Shown in pieces: positions 10,105 to 18,846 of a stretch of DNA of 64,000 nucleotides. The translations under genes and the position numbers were made by a program. Each line of letters starts with the position of its first letter. Position 1 is the first letter of the stretch. The stretch spans positions 34,433-98,432 of IMG/VR virus record IMGVR_UViG_3300048502_000136. The stretch is one strand, 5' to 3'. The notes under the pieces are model-generated. The model had not been told where the DNA came from. It worked only from the letters and a program-made list of their open reading frames with translations, and made no database searches. This DNA comes from a virus. Its lineage: Duplodnaviria; Caudoviricetes.

Positions 10105-10362
10105 CTAATTATCTTGGATCACTTGAATCGCCTTCACGTTGGTGTAGTACGCGATTCGCTCCAGCCTGCCCGCGATGGCCCGGTAGAGGTTAATCTGATC
10201 ACGGCCAATGATCTGGTAGAAGTGGCACCAAGTAGTTATGGTCGGGTCGCAGGTTGAAGTAAAAGGGTAGGCGCTGTCAGGAAAACTCAGCACAATCTTA
10301 ATCGGGGCCAGGTTGCCCCAGCGTGCCGCGACCGAAGAAGACTGGGGCTGAGTCTCATCCAT
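10105..10362 (-). CDS. hypothetical protein
   Basis: TAATG-coupled to the groEL stop. Confidence 0.55.
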   Translation of the reverse strand: MDETQPQSSSVAARWGNLAPIKIVLSFPDSAYPFTSTCDPTITTWCHFYQIIGRDQINLYRAIAGRLERIAYYTNVKAIQVIQDN

Positions 10363-12122
10363 TAATACATCCCCGGCATCTGCGGCTGGCCCGCGCGCAT
10401 CTGGGCCAACTCTTTCAAAGCTGCTTGATCGTCCACCACGACAGCCTCCGTGGTCAGCATCAAACCAGCAATAGAAGCGGCCGACTGCAAGGCGGTCCGA
10501 GTCACCTTGGTCGGGTCGATCACGCCAGCCACCACCAAATTTTGATACTCGCCTGTGGCCGCGTTGTAGCCGAAGTTAAGGCAAGCCACCTTTCCGAACC
10601 GTTCTGGATGGAGCACGTTCCCGACCACGTCGCTCTCGTCCCCGCCCGCGTTCTTGACAATCTGTCGCAAGGGAGCCGAGCATGCGCGTTGCAGGATCAA
10701 GGCACCGGCGCGCTCGTCGTGGTCTGTAATCTCGGCAAGCATCTCAGCAAACTGGTCTGAGTAGGCGGCCCGCAGCAAGGCTACCCCTCCGCCGGGCACG
10801 ATCCCTTCAGCCACAGCAGCGCGGGTAGCATACATGGCATCTTCCACGCGGTCCTTTTTCTCTTTCATCTCGGCCTCGGTGGGAGCGCCGACCTTGATCA
10901 CTGCCACGCCGCCGGTAAGCTTGGCTAGCCTCTCTTCTAACTTGATCCGGTCGTAGGCTGATTCAGACTTCTCAATCTGGGAGCGGATTTCGTCAATCCT
11001 CTGAGCAAGGGCCGCCCCGCCCCCGCCGCCCGAAATGGTGGTTGAATCCTTATCGACAGTCACACGAGCCGCCGAGCCGAACGTTTCGTAAGTGGCCTGT
11101 TTGAAAGTCAGGCCAAGTTCGTCGCCGATTACGGTCGCCCCGGTCAGCGCGGCGAGGTCGGCAAGCAGGGCAGCCCGCCGGTCGCCATGACCAGGGGCCT
11201 TGACCGCGACTACGGGCACGCCGGCCTGAATCTTGTTAGCCACAAGGAAGCCGATGATGTCAGACTCGATCTCGTCAGCAATGATAAGCAAAGGGCGCGG
11301 ATTCGGCAGGGAGGGTCTCGCGGCACCAGCGCCAAGTAGATGCTGCGCAAGGAACTCGGCTAGTTCCTGTGCCGTCTTCATCGAGGTCAGCTTGCGCGCA
11401 CAGATCAGCACGGCAGGCTGGTCGTAGCTGGCTTCCATGCGTGCGGTGTCTGTCACGAAGTACGGCGATAGGTAGCCTCGGTCAAACTGCATGCCTTCAA
11501 CCACGTCAAGCGTAGTCTCCAGTGACTTGCTCTCTTCGACCGTGACCACGCCGGAAGCCCCGACGCGCGTCATGGCTTCAGCAAGGATAGCCCCGATTTC
11601 CTGGTCGCCATTGGCCGAGATGGTGCCGACCTGCGTAATCATGTCGCCGCTGACAGGGGAGGATAGCGTGGTAAGGATGCCGCCGACTGGGAGGTTGTTC
11701 GAGTCGCGCGTGCCGATGATAAGGGTGGTGGCGCGATCAATGCCTCGTTTCAAGGCGGTCGGATTGACGCCTGACGCGACCAGCTTTAAGCCATCCGCAT
11801 AGATGGCACGGGCGAGAATCGTCGCTGTGGACGTGCCGTCCCCGGCCAAATCGACTGTCTTGGCGGCGACCGCGCGCAGGAGAAGGACGCCAGCCTGCTC
11901 AGATGGATCGGCAAGGTCGATAGCCTTGGCCACGGTCACGCCATCGCGGGAGGAGATAGGAGTTGCGCCGGGATGTGGGCCGGGCAGCACGATGTTGCGG
12001 CCACGCGGACCGATGGTCGCGCCGACGGCGTCGGCAAGGATGTTCACGCCGCGCAGGAGGGCCTGGCGGGCGGCGTCGGCGGAGTGGATGATCTTGGGTG
12101 AAGGGGAAAGTGAGTTAGACAT
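10362..12122 (-). CDS. groEL: chaperonin GroEL (Cpn60)
   Basis: DGVTVAK, AGDGTSTAT, EGMQFDRGYLSPYF, KLEERLAKLTGGVAVIKVGAPTEAEMKEKKDRVEDA, EGIVPGGG, GVIDPTKV. Confidence 0.98.
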   Translation of the reverse strand: MSNSLSPSPKIIHSADAARQALLRGVNILADAVGATIGPRGRNIVLPGPHPGATPISSRDGVTVAKAIDLADPSEQAGVLLLRAVAAKTVDLAGDGTSTATILARAIYADGLKLVASGVNPTALKRGIDRATTLIIGTRDSNNLPVGGILTTLSSPVSGDMITQVGTISANGDQEIGAILAEAMTRVGASGVVTVEESKSLETTLDVVEGMQFDRGYLSPYFVTDTARMEASYDQPAVLICARKLTSMKTAQELAEFLAQHLLGAGAARPSLPNPRPLLIIADEIESDIIGFLVANKIQAGVPVVAVKAPGHGDRRAALLADLAALTGATVIGDELGLTFKQATYETFGSAARVTVDKDSTTISGGGGGAALAQRIDEIRSQIEKSESAYDRIKLEERLAKLTGGVAVIKVGAPTEAEMKEKKDRVEDAMYATRAAVAEGIVPGGGVALLRAAYSDQFAEMLAEITDHDERAGALILQRACSAPLRQIVKNAGGDESDVVGNVLHPERFGKVACLNFGYNAATGEYQNLVVAGVIDPTKVTRTALQSAASIAGLMLTTEAVVVDDQAALKELAQMRAGQPQMPGMY

Positions 12123-12538
12123 TATTCAGCCTTCCATCCCGTAAGGTCGTAAGAAAAAAAAGGCACCGGCCCAACCCCGATCTGAGCTAGCCACACTTGC
12201 ATCCGATCCTTGTCTACCTCGCCTACGATGCCCTGAGCCTCGTCCTCGCGCAGGGTCAGATATTCCTGCCCTTCCAGCTTGACCTCGGTGCCAGTGTATT
12301 TGCCGACGAGGATCAGATCGCCAGGCCGGAGAATAGACGGGATCAGCCGACCTGAGTCAAGAAGGCGGCCGAGCGAGACCGCAACGACCTCGCAGGTCAG
12401 GGGCTTCTCTTTAAGAGAGTCAGGCATGATAAGGGAGCCGAAGGAAGAGGTGGTGGTTTCGGCTTCCAGTCGGCGGACGAGCAGGCGGTCGTTCAGCGGG
12501 AGAAAGGCTGGAGTGGTCGAGGTAGCTTTGGTTGTCAT
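12122..12538 (-). CDS. groES: co-chaperonin GroES (Cpn10) with C-terminal extension
   Basis: PLNDRLLVRR, LIMPDSLKEKP, EVVAV..G, GD..L.GKYTGTEVKLEGQEYL. Confidence 0.96.
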   Translation of the reverse strand: MTTKATSTTPAFLPLNDRLLVRRLEAETTTSSFGSLIMPDSLKEKPLTCEVVAVSLGRLLDSGRLIPSILRPGDLILVGKYTGTEVKLEGQEYLTLREDEAQGIVGEVDKDRMQVWLAQIGVGPVPFFSYDLTGWKAE

Positions 12539-12547
12539 CGCAAAGCC

Positions 12548-12577
12548 AGTCTACATGGTTTCGTGTAGATAAGGCAA
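12548..12577 (-). promoter_or_regulatory. sigma70-like promoter of groES-groEL (TTGCCT-18-TAGACT) overlapped by the 16-bp operator at 12552-12567
   Basis: same geometry as the promoter at 15269-15298. Confidence 0.55.
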
Positions 12578-12595
12578 GCCTAGCCAGCGTGGCTG

Positions 12596-12605
12596 CCCCC
12601 CCCCC
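12596..12605 (+). repeat. poly-C tract (C10)
   Basis: direct count. Confidence 0.85.
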
Positions 12606-12608
12606 TGC

Positions 12609-13181
12609 TTACTGCTTCCGATTCAACTCCGCAATCCCGCCCAACACGCTGTCCGAGGTCAGGCCGGTATCCTCACCCCAGTACAAGACCGTCGTAATCC
12701 CTTCGTGATCAGCACAATTAACGATCAGCAAAGCCTCGGACGCAGGGGACCATGTGCCTGCACGCATGGCTGCCGAGATCGTGTCCAGCCAGTCAGGCAG
12801 GGACAGGCTGAGTTCTCGGTAAGGGTGGTGCAGGTCGGCCAAGTCAGGCTGGCCCGGCCGTTTCAGTTTCGGCATATTCTTCAACATTCCTCTCCGCGCC
12901 TGGCTGGTCCAAGGCATCCAACCAACGTGGAGGCCTTCTCTTATGTTACTGACAGTCTTGGTAATTCTGATCCTTCTTTCAGTCTTTGGCGGGTGGCGGC
13001 TGGGGCCGGGTGTAGGCTGGTACGGCGGCGGAGGGATAGGTTTTATTCTGCTGATTGTGCTGATTGTACTGCTGATGCGAGGCAGGCTGTAGTAAGGGCG
13101 AGGGCGCGGGATAGGAAGGGTTGATCCACTCTTTAGGACGCGCGCGAGCAGCCACTGCCAGTCTTTTTCGAGTTGCGTCAT
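12609..13181 (-). CDS. hypothetical protein
   Basis: 190-aa ORF, ATGA-coupled. Confidence 0.55.
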   Translation of the reverse strand: MTQLEKDWQWLLARVLKSGSTLPIPRPRPYYSLPRISSTISTISRIKPIPPPPYQPTPGPSRHPPKTERRIRITKTVSNIREGLHVGWMPWTSQARRGMLKNMPKLKRPGQPDLADLHHPYRELSLSLPDWLDTISAAMRAGTWSPASEALLIVNCADHEGITTVLYWGEDTGLTSDSVLGGIAELNRKQ

Positions 13182-13537
13182 TTGGCTTCCTTAGCTTCTT
13201 CGGTGGACTTGGCGTCCTCAACCTCTTCTGGCTGATCCGCCTCACGAGTAAAAGTTCTCGGCAGTGCCCTAAGTAACAGGTCGATTGCAGAAGCATTCCT
13301 GTAACGAGACTCCGGCCAGAACACGCCATCAGGCAGCAGCGGGTCGATAGAAATATAGACGCCGCTTAGGGAGAATAATCGAAACGAGTTGCCACGGGGT
13401 TCACCGACCGAGTTGGCTAGCTCGCGATAAGTCTGCAGATTGCAACGATAACCAACCTCCAGCGTTCCCTCGGTGCCTCGGTCCAGCAGAAAACGGTTAA
13501 GCGCTTGTAAAGTTGTAGGCCAAGTCTCGTTAATCAT
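13178..13537 (-). CDS. hypothetical protein
   Basis: ATG at 13537 overlaps the upstream gene end. Confidence 0.55.
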   Translation of the reverse strand: MINETWPTTLQALNRFLLDRGTEGTLEVGYRCNLQTYRELANSVGEPRGNSFRLFSLSGVYISIDPLLPDGVFWPESRYRNASAIDLLLRALPRTFTREADQPEEVEDAKSTEEAKEAK

Positions 13538-13838
13538 TTGTCGGCCTTCGGGCACCACAGTACGGGGTTAGGCATGTGATCCATAAAGCATCAACTCCAG
13601 CTAGCCCCCACAGTAAAAATCCCCCCGGAGTTAAACCTCCAATTGTGGTTCCGACAGCACGATCAAGATGCAGGCATCTGTCATCGACCCATGCGGGATT
13701 CTTTGCCAGATCGTACAGACTGAATGACCACATGGCCCCTTGGCAGACAATGAGGTAGAGGGTTACCTTCGCCCACAATGGAAAAGACTTTCGTGGTAAA
13801 TAACGGCCTTGTTTATCCCGGCGACGTGCTTCGTTCAC
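13530..13838 (-). CDS. small membrane protein
   Basis: two hydrophobic segments; N-terminal RRDKQGRY motif. Confidence 0.55.
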   Translation of the reverse strand: MNEARRRDKQGRYLPRKSFPLWAKVTLYLIVCQGAMWSFSLYDLAKNPAWVDDRCLHLDRAVGTTIGGLTPGGFLLWGLAGVDALWITCLTPYCGARRPTND

Positions 13839-14227
13839 TTAGAGCCTCCCGAATTGTTCAGCATCTCAGGAAACCCATACTCAACAGACTTCCAATTAAA
13901 AACATCCTGAATCAACTTTTCCGGGTTGTCTACGCCTACGCGAGCCAAGACTAGGAATCCGTAGATAATAGTGTCAGCAACTTCACGCGCCACCGCATCT
14001 TTGGCTTGCTGAATATCGGTGTAATGGCGGTCTTCATCGATTGAGTTAAGCGAGACGATAGTGCCTTCGAGGCGCTTTAGTTTCTTAGCTGCGTTAGCCG
14101 CCTCGCCTGCTTCTCCCGCCATCGCTCCGGCCCACTCTAAAGCCGACCAGCTTTCAATACCTTCAGGGTGCCACCGTAGGGCACGAGAAAGATTGACCTC
14201 GAACAATTCATTGATGGTAATGCTCAT
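13835..14227 (-). CDS. MazG-like nucleotide pyrophosphohydrolase
   Basis: AMAGEAGEAANAAKK...REVADTIIY acidic ExxE...ExxD signature. Confidence 0.8.
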   Translation of the reverse strand: MSITINELFEVNLSRALRWHPEGIESWSALEWAGAMAGEAGEAANAAKKLKRLEGTIVSLNSIDEDRHYTDIQQAKDAVAREVADTIIYGFLVLARVGVDNPEKLIQDVFNWKSVEYGFPEMLNNSGGSK

Positions 14228-14265
14228 TTAGTTCAGCACCTTTCTCATTTCGTTGATGAGTACGG

Positions 14266-14348
14266 TACCCCGAAGGGGACTTGAACCCCTACTCCATTAA
14301 GGATACGGATTTTAAGTCCGCTATGTCTGCCAATTCCATCATCGGGGC
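14266..14348 (-). tRNA. tRNA-Leu (anticodon UAA)
   Basis: GCCCCGA/TCGGGGT acceptor stem, D-arm with GG, GCGGA-CTTAAAA-TCCGT anticodon arm, long variable arm, GGGGTTCAAGTCCCC T-arm; no encoded CCA (reads CCG). Confidence 0.95.
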
Positions 14349-14379
14349 GTTGGAGGAATCAGATACAAACTCTCGGCGA

Positions 14380-14604
14380 CTAAATCGACTTGTTCTCGTG
14401 CGTCGGCAAGTGATACGCGCTTGGCCATTCGCTGTAAGTCGGAATCGGCAACTCCTTAAAAATAGGATCGTGACGATAAAGAAAGTACGCCAGCCAGCCG
14501 ACCATAAAAATCTCTATGGCTATTATCAGTGCCCAAATCCGCCGATCTCTCACGCCGCCGGTCTGCTCAGATCGAATCTTTCTCGCCGCTGCCTGGATGC
14601 TCAT
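14380..14604 (-). CDS. small membrane protein
   Basis: MSIQAAARK... with a single TM (IWALIIAIEIFMVGWLAYFLY). Confidence 0.5.
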   Translation of the reverse strand: MSIQAAARKIRSEQTGGVRDRRIWALIIAIEIFMVGWLAYFLYRHDPIFKELPIPTYSEWPSAYHLPTHENKSI

Positions 14605-14727
14605 GAGACTTTCCCTCGTTCTAAGTGTGCGAGCCAAGTGGGTAGAGCCACCAGCATAGTGCAGCGCAGGCAGCAAGAGCCCAAACGAAGGCGACATACT
14701 TGGCCAAGACAAGCGCCTTGCTCATGG

Positions 14728-15285
14728 CTACCACCCACCAAGATTTGGAAACAGCTTCAAGCAGGCCAGCGCCAGCGCAACGAGGATACCAGCCAAGATC
14801 AGCGCGCCCAAACCATGCTCCCACTGATAGGCTAAAGTCTTAGGCGGGGGAGCGAGGGAGTCAGGGTTAAAGCTGCCACCGCCGCTCGTGCCCGCCCGAG
14901 ACTTCGGGAACCAAGCCAAGCCGCAACCCTCGCAGGTCACCGACACGTCATCCTGAAGGCGCTGGCCGCAAACCCCGCACAAGAGTTCCGCGCCGTCCCG
15001 GTTGCGCCGCGTCAAGGCGTCGTAGTAAGCGTCGTCTATATTGGTGTAGTTGGCCAGCGTGACCCAGTACGGGTTGAAGGAAGAGTGGATCAGCCGGTCG
15101 AGCGAGTAGCGAGTGTGCCCTGGGACGACTCGTAGCTGAAAGGGGCGGGCGGCCGTGGCTGGCGAGTCAAGAGGGGGTAGTGGCTGACGAGGCAGGGATA
15201 AAACCGGTTGACTTGGCTTGACTTGTGGCCATCTGGCACGCTCCTGTAGAGGGTTGGTTAGTGTTTTGATCCTACATAGTTTCAT
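14728..15285 (-). CDS. Zn-ribbon plus C-terminal TM protein (start uncertain, possible frameshift)
   Basis: CGVC...CEGC and a hydrophobic C-terminus; the SD-linked ATG at 15232 is out of frame. Confidence 0.55.
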   Translation of the reverse strand: MKLCRIKTLTNPLQERARWPQVKPSQPVLSLPRQPLPPLDSPATAARPFQLRVVPGHTRYSLDRLIHSSFNPYWVTLANYTNIDDAYYDALTRRNRDGAELLCGVCGQRLQDDVSVTCEGCGLAWFPKSRAGTSGGGSFNPDSLAPPPKTLAYQWEHGLGALILAGILVALALACLKLFPNLGGW

Positions 15286-15298
15286 GTAGGATTGTCAA
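15269..15298 (-). promoter_or_regulatory. sigma70 promoter TTGACA-18-TAGGAT overlapped by the 16-bp operator at 15273-15288
   Basis: consensus -35; palindrome TACATAGTTTCATGTA. Confidence 0.65.
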
Positions 15299-15312
15299 TT
15301 AGCTAGGGCCAT

Positions 15313-16089
15313 CTAACAGGCTTGGCTGGTCAGGCGGGATACCCGATACCTGGCCAACTCCTCCTGAGCCTTCTGCGCAAACACCGGATGGCCGACCGTA
15401 AACAAGGCCAGTTCCAGCCGGTCATGGCAGCCGACATGATCATAGATCGTGCGCAGGTAATTCTTAACCACCTGTTCAGAAGTGCCTAGCTCCTCCGCGA
15501 TCTGGCGATTCTTCGCCCCTTCCGATATCAGGGCCGCGATCTGGAGTGAGCGCTTGCTGCGGCCTAACAGTTGAAGGACGCGCTCACCGCCAGGATCATG
15601 AAGCAGGGATGTTGGCGGCTCCTGCTTTGGCTGCTGGTAGTAGGTATGGCCGGAGACGACTGCGCGGACAGCGGTAATAAGGTCCGAGGCCGAAGTGGAC
15701 CGATAGACAATGCCACGAACACGAGCAGCCCGATAAAGGGTTGCTGGCTCGCGGTCCTCCAGAATCATGATGACCTGTGCAGGAGGCCGACGCGTCTGAA
15801 TCACTTGGATCAGGCGGGGGATTTCTTCAGTAGGGTTTGTAAGGCCTGCGCTGATCGGGTCCGTAAACAGGGCGCTGGCAATGACACAGCATATCTCGGT
15901 TTCAGGCATCATGCCGAGGGCGATATAAAGGTTGGCCATGCTGCTGCATGACTTGACAACACGCGGAAGGACGGCAGCCATGCCAGCACGATAGATATCG
16001 TGAGGGTCGGCTAGCAGGACGCGTGGTGACGGCGGGGGCGGCGGTGGTGGGGTGGGCGGCAGCGACGGATCAGTCAGGGTCGAGGTCAT
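15313..16089 (-). CDS. NarL/LuxR-family response regulator with atypical receiver domain
   Basis: RVLLADPHDIYRAGM receiver start; LuxR HTH GAKNRQIAEELGTSEQVVKNYLRTIYDHVGCHDRLELALF. Confidence 0.9.
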   Translation of the reverse strand: MTSTLTDPSLPPTPPPPPPPSPRVLLADPHDIYRAGMAAVLPRVVKSCSSMANLYIALGMMPETEICCVIASALFTDPISAGLTNPTEEIPRLIQVIQTRRPPAQVIMILEDREPATLYRAARVRGIVYRSTSASDLITAVRAVVSGHTYYQQPKQEPPTSLLHDPGGERVLQLLGRSKRSLQIAALISEGAKNRQIAEELGTSEQVVKNYLRTIYDHVGCHDRLELALFTVGHPVFAQKAQEELARYRVSRLTSQAC

Positions 16090-16426
16090 TGAGTTTCTCC
16101 ATGGAAAGGTCAGAGGAAAGTCCAGATAACGCTACTATGCCGGAACTCGCCGGGGCCGGGTCCGGAGCCTCGGCCAAATCCAAGGCCTCAGCCTCCTTAA
16201 AAAACTTCGTCAGCATCTTCTCCATCTCTCCAATCAACAACTTGTCGATCATCTCCTGAAAGGCTTTCTCTTCTTCTTCCTTGAGAGAGCCATAAGAATA
16301 ATGATTGAAAGACCGACGCTCGTAGAAAAGTTTGTCGTTGACGTGGACGGTAAGCCAGCGAGTTCGGACTAAAGGGGCCAGAGCGGTTTCCGTAATCTGG
16401 CAGTCAGAGTCAAGGATAATTTTCAT
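16070..16426 (-). CDS. hypothetical protein
   Basis: GGAGG SD, 118 aa. Confidence 0.6.
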   Translation of the reverse strand: MKIILDSDCQITETALAPLVRTRWLTVHVNDKLFYERRSFNHYSYGSLKEEEEKAFQEMIDKLLIGEMEKMLTKFFKEAEALDLAEAPDPAPASSGIVALSGLSSDLSMEKLNDLDPD

Positions 16427-16448
16427 GGGTTACCGCCTCCGAGGTTGA

Positions 16449-16838
16449 TCATTTATCTTCATAGTTGTATCCAGGCGGCGGGCCGCCTTTGGAATCCGGC
16501 AAGAATTCGGTTGGCAAGAGTGCGGTTAGGTTAGTTGATCGACGGCCTCTAACGTTAAAAGAGGAGAACTGAGGCAATCCGTTTTCCTGCTCCCGGCCGA
16601 TCCCGGTAAGCTTCCAGTAAACCCCGTTCAGATTAAACTCGGGCGCTAGCTCGTCCCGATAAACAAGGATAGGCAGACCTTCTGACCACCCAGGCGACCA
16701 TAAAGAGATAAGGATGTGACCGAGCGGCGGCGGGGAGTCCAGCCACAGTTGGTACCCTTCAGGCGGGGTCGGTCTGACTCGCTGGTATGTCCAATGATGA
16801 GATGTACAAGCTGGCGGGAAAACAGGTTTCTTGCTCAT
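16449..16838 (-). CDS. hypothetical protein
   Basis: start MSKKPV at 16838 with GGAGG SD, TAATG-coupled. Confidence 0.55.
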   Translation of the reverse strand: MSKKPVFPPACTSHHWTYQRVRPTPPEGYQLWLDSPPPLGHILISLWSPGWSEGLPILVYRDELAPEFNLNGVYWKLTGIGREQENGLPQFSSFNVRGRRSTNLTALLPTEFLPDSKGGPPPGYNYEDK

Positions 16839-17161
16839 TAGCTCCCTCCTAAGCTGTCTAGTCTGGCTTGGCCAGTCACGTCCATTGTCTGTAAGCACCC
16901 TCGCTGCCTGCACCACAGGACGAGACCGGGAGTCCCTTCTTGGTCGATCCGGACCATGCCAAGGTCAGAGTCCCAGACATGGCGGTGGTGGGCCAAGGTG
17001 GCGCGCGGGGTAGCGGCCAAGGGGGCGAGGCCTCGCGGGTCAGCCGAGCTAGCCGGGCTGAGGCTGGCTTGGCTCTCTTGGCTCGCCAGGCCGGGCCGAG
17101 CCACATGAACCCGCAGTCTAAGCAGTCCGCGAGGGCGACGGCCGAAGAAAACAAATGCCAT
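16838..17161 (-). CDS. hypothetical protein with HxHVWD..CxxxxC motif
   Basis: AAGGAG SD; weak motif similarity to 3213..3551. Confidence 0.5.
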   Translation of the reverse strand: MAFVFFGRRPRGLLRLRVHVARPGLASQESQASLSPASSADPRGLAPLAATPRATLAHHRHVWDSDLGMVRIDQEGTPGLVLWCRQRGCLQTMDVTGQARLDSLGGS

Positions 17162-17465
17162 ATCTAATCTCCTTTATCTGCCACGTGCGATGAGGTATAT
17201 CAGGTTAGCGAGGCTAAGGCCTGCGCCGACGCCAAAGAAGAAGAAGGTCATCTCGTGCGGGGTCATATTTTCTCGCTGGCCGCTTTTTCGATTGCCGTGA
17301 GCTTGGCCGAGGCTGCCAAGGCGATGCGCTCCTCATGAGGGGACCGGGTAAAACGGCTCGGCTTCCCGCTCACCAGAAAAATGCAACTGTACTCAGGCTC
17401 GGCCCCGCACTTGGGGAATTTGTACGTTAGCGCTGCGTCGTCCAAGTTGGCGAGGCTAAAGGTCA

Positions 17466-17657
17466 TCAGCTTTCCTTTCTGTTGTTCCATTCTGCAATGG
17501 CTTGCTCGCGGGTGGGGTACCAGTCGGTTGATGGGCCTACAGGACAATCGTCATCCTCGCAGCTAACCATCCAATCGCAGTCGGTTGACTCATATACGCT
17601 GTCAGGGACAAAGGGCGCTTTCCCGCACCATGGGCACGGTTTCAGTTTGTCTGTCAT
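17466..17657 (-). CDS. Lar-family restriction-alleviation-like Zn-finger protein
   Basis: LKPCPWCG...VSC...C...TREQAIAEWNNR is the typical Lar-family pattern. Confidence 0.8.
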   Translation of the reverse strand: MTDKLKPCPWCGKAPFVPDSVYESTDCDWMVSCEDDDCPVGPSTDWYPTREQAIAEWNNRKES

Positions 17658-18061
17658 CGTATTTCCTCCCTTACCAGTTCCGGATGCGCCTTGATGGCAT
17701 ACCGAGCGGCCGCGCGAGCATGTTCCACGGCAAACCGCGCCAATTCGGACTGCTCCTCAGTAGATGGTTCTTTCGTGGCCGCCACGATGCACCTTGCACA
17801 CGCTTTACCGAATACCCACGCGATCCCTCGCAATCGTTTCTGATAGGGAGTCATTTCACCTCCACTTCGAGCAGCCTTTTGCAGCTCTTGAACCGGCACA
17901 GGAGAAACGCCTGCGAGTGAGTTCTGAATACCCCCTAAGTCGGAGTCGTAGGTGTGCGTATGAGCCAAGATGCCGTCGACCACGATTGGCCCTTGGCCTG
18001 AGCGCTCCCATGCTGTTCGGGCCTGCTCCCATTTGGTTGGCCATTTGAGGTTATTCGGCAT
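17654..18061 (-). CDS. hypothetical protein
   Basis: start MPNNLKW with AAGGGG SD; ATGA coupling to the Lar-like gene. Confidence 0.55.
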   Translation of the reverse strand: MPNNLKWPTKWEQARTAWERSGQGPIVVDGILAHTHTYDSDLGGIQNSLAGVSPVPVQELQKAARSGGEMTPYQKRLRGIAWVFGKACARCIVAATKEPSTEEQSELARFAVEHARAAARYAIKAHPELVREEIR

Positions 18062-18242
18062 CGTTTCCCCTTTGGGCCAGCAACTCAGCCAGCCATAGCG
18101 CGAAGTCCAGCCTGGTCGCCTGTCGCTTGAGTGGCCAGCGAAACGTGCAGAACTCACACACCTTGACGATGGGGCTAGCGCTACCGCAGGCAGGGCAGCG
18201 CTCACGGTAGGCACGGATAAAGGCGATGAGGTCAGAGTTCAT
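18051..18242 (-). CDS. small Zn-finger protein
   Basis: CPAC...CEFC. Confidence 0.6.
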   Translation of the reverse strand: MNSDLIAFIRAYRERCPACGSASPIVKVCEFCTFRWPLKRQATRLDFALWLAELLAQRGNDAE

Positions 18243-18571
18243 TGAGCATCCTCGTAATACTGGCGCAGATCAGCCAGATAACTCTCCACATCGGCAACAC
18301 TGGGCAAGCATCGCGAGTCTGCCAGGCCCGCAAGTTTCTGAACCAGTTCTTGCCTGCGAATTGCAAGAAAATCCTGAAGGCCGAGTGATAGCCGCGAACT
18401 GTGATATCGCGTAGCCCCTTTTCGCCGTCCTGTTTTATTGTCATATTTCACACCGTTGACAATAATGGTGTTGGCAGTTACTCCTGCAACTTTTGCAAGC
18501 TGGCGACTAGAGTGGGCATAGACGATAACCACTTTGTCGCCTGCCATAAGAGTGCTGAGGTCAGAGTTCAT
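18239..18571 (-). CDS. hypothetical protein (SH3-like beta N-terminus)
   Basis: LMAGDKVVI...AKVAGVTANTIIVNGVKYD..TG. Confidence 0.6.
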   Translation of the reverse strand: MNSDLSTLMAGDKVVIVYAHSSRQLAKVAGVTANTIIVNGVKYDNKTGRRKGATRYHSSRLSLGLQDFLAIRRQELVQKLAGLADSRCLPSVADVESYLADLRQYYEDAQ

Positions 18572-18846
18572 TACTTGACCTCGTCAAGCGCCTTGAGCAC
18601 GGCAGCGGCTAGTGGACTGCTTAGAGATGAGTGATGTGTCTTGAACACTTGCTCGATGATGGCAATTCGAGGGTCAGGCCTGCCATACCAACGGCGGCGC
18701 TGTTCAAGCAAGTCGGCATCGTCTGAATCGTAATATGGTTTAAGCACTTCGTCGAGAATTACGTCGAGCGTTGCTGGCCAAGCTGATACGGCTGGATTGC
18801 TGATATATGTCTGCCGCGCCGCTGTAATAAGTTCGTCTCGTGTCAT
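18571..18846 (-). CDS. hypothetical protein, paralog of 18843..19196
   Basis: shared MTR..L, LDVIL.EVL.P, RR.WY.RP.DPR.AI..QV, AVLKALDEVK. Confidence 0.7.
   Translation of the reverse strand: MTRDELITAARQTYISNPAVSAWPATLDVILDEVLKPYYDSDDADLLEQRRRWYGRPDPRIAIIEQVFKTHHSSLSSPLAAAVLKALDEVK

Noticed and set aside
14266-14348. tRNA as a prophage attachment site
   Set aside because: No integrase or duplicated tRNA 3' end found; both flanks are phage-like.
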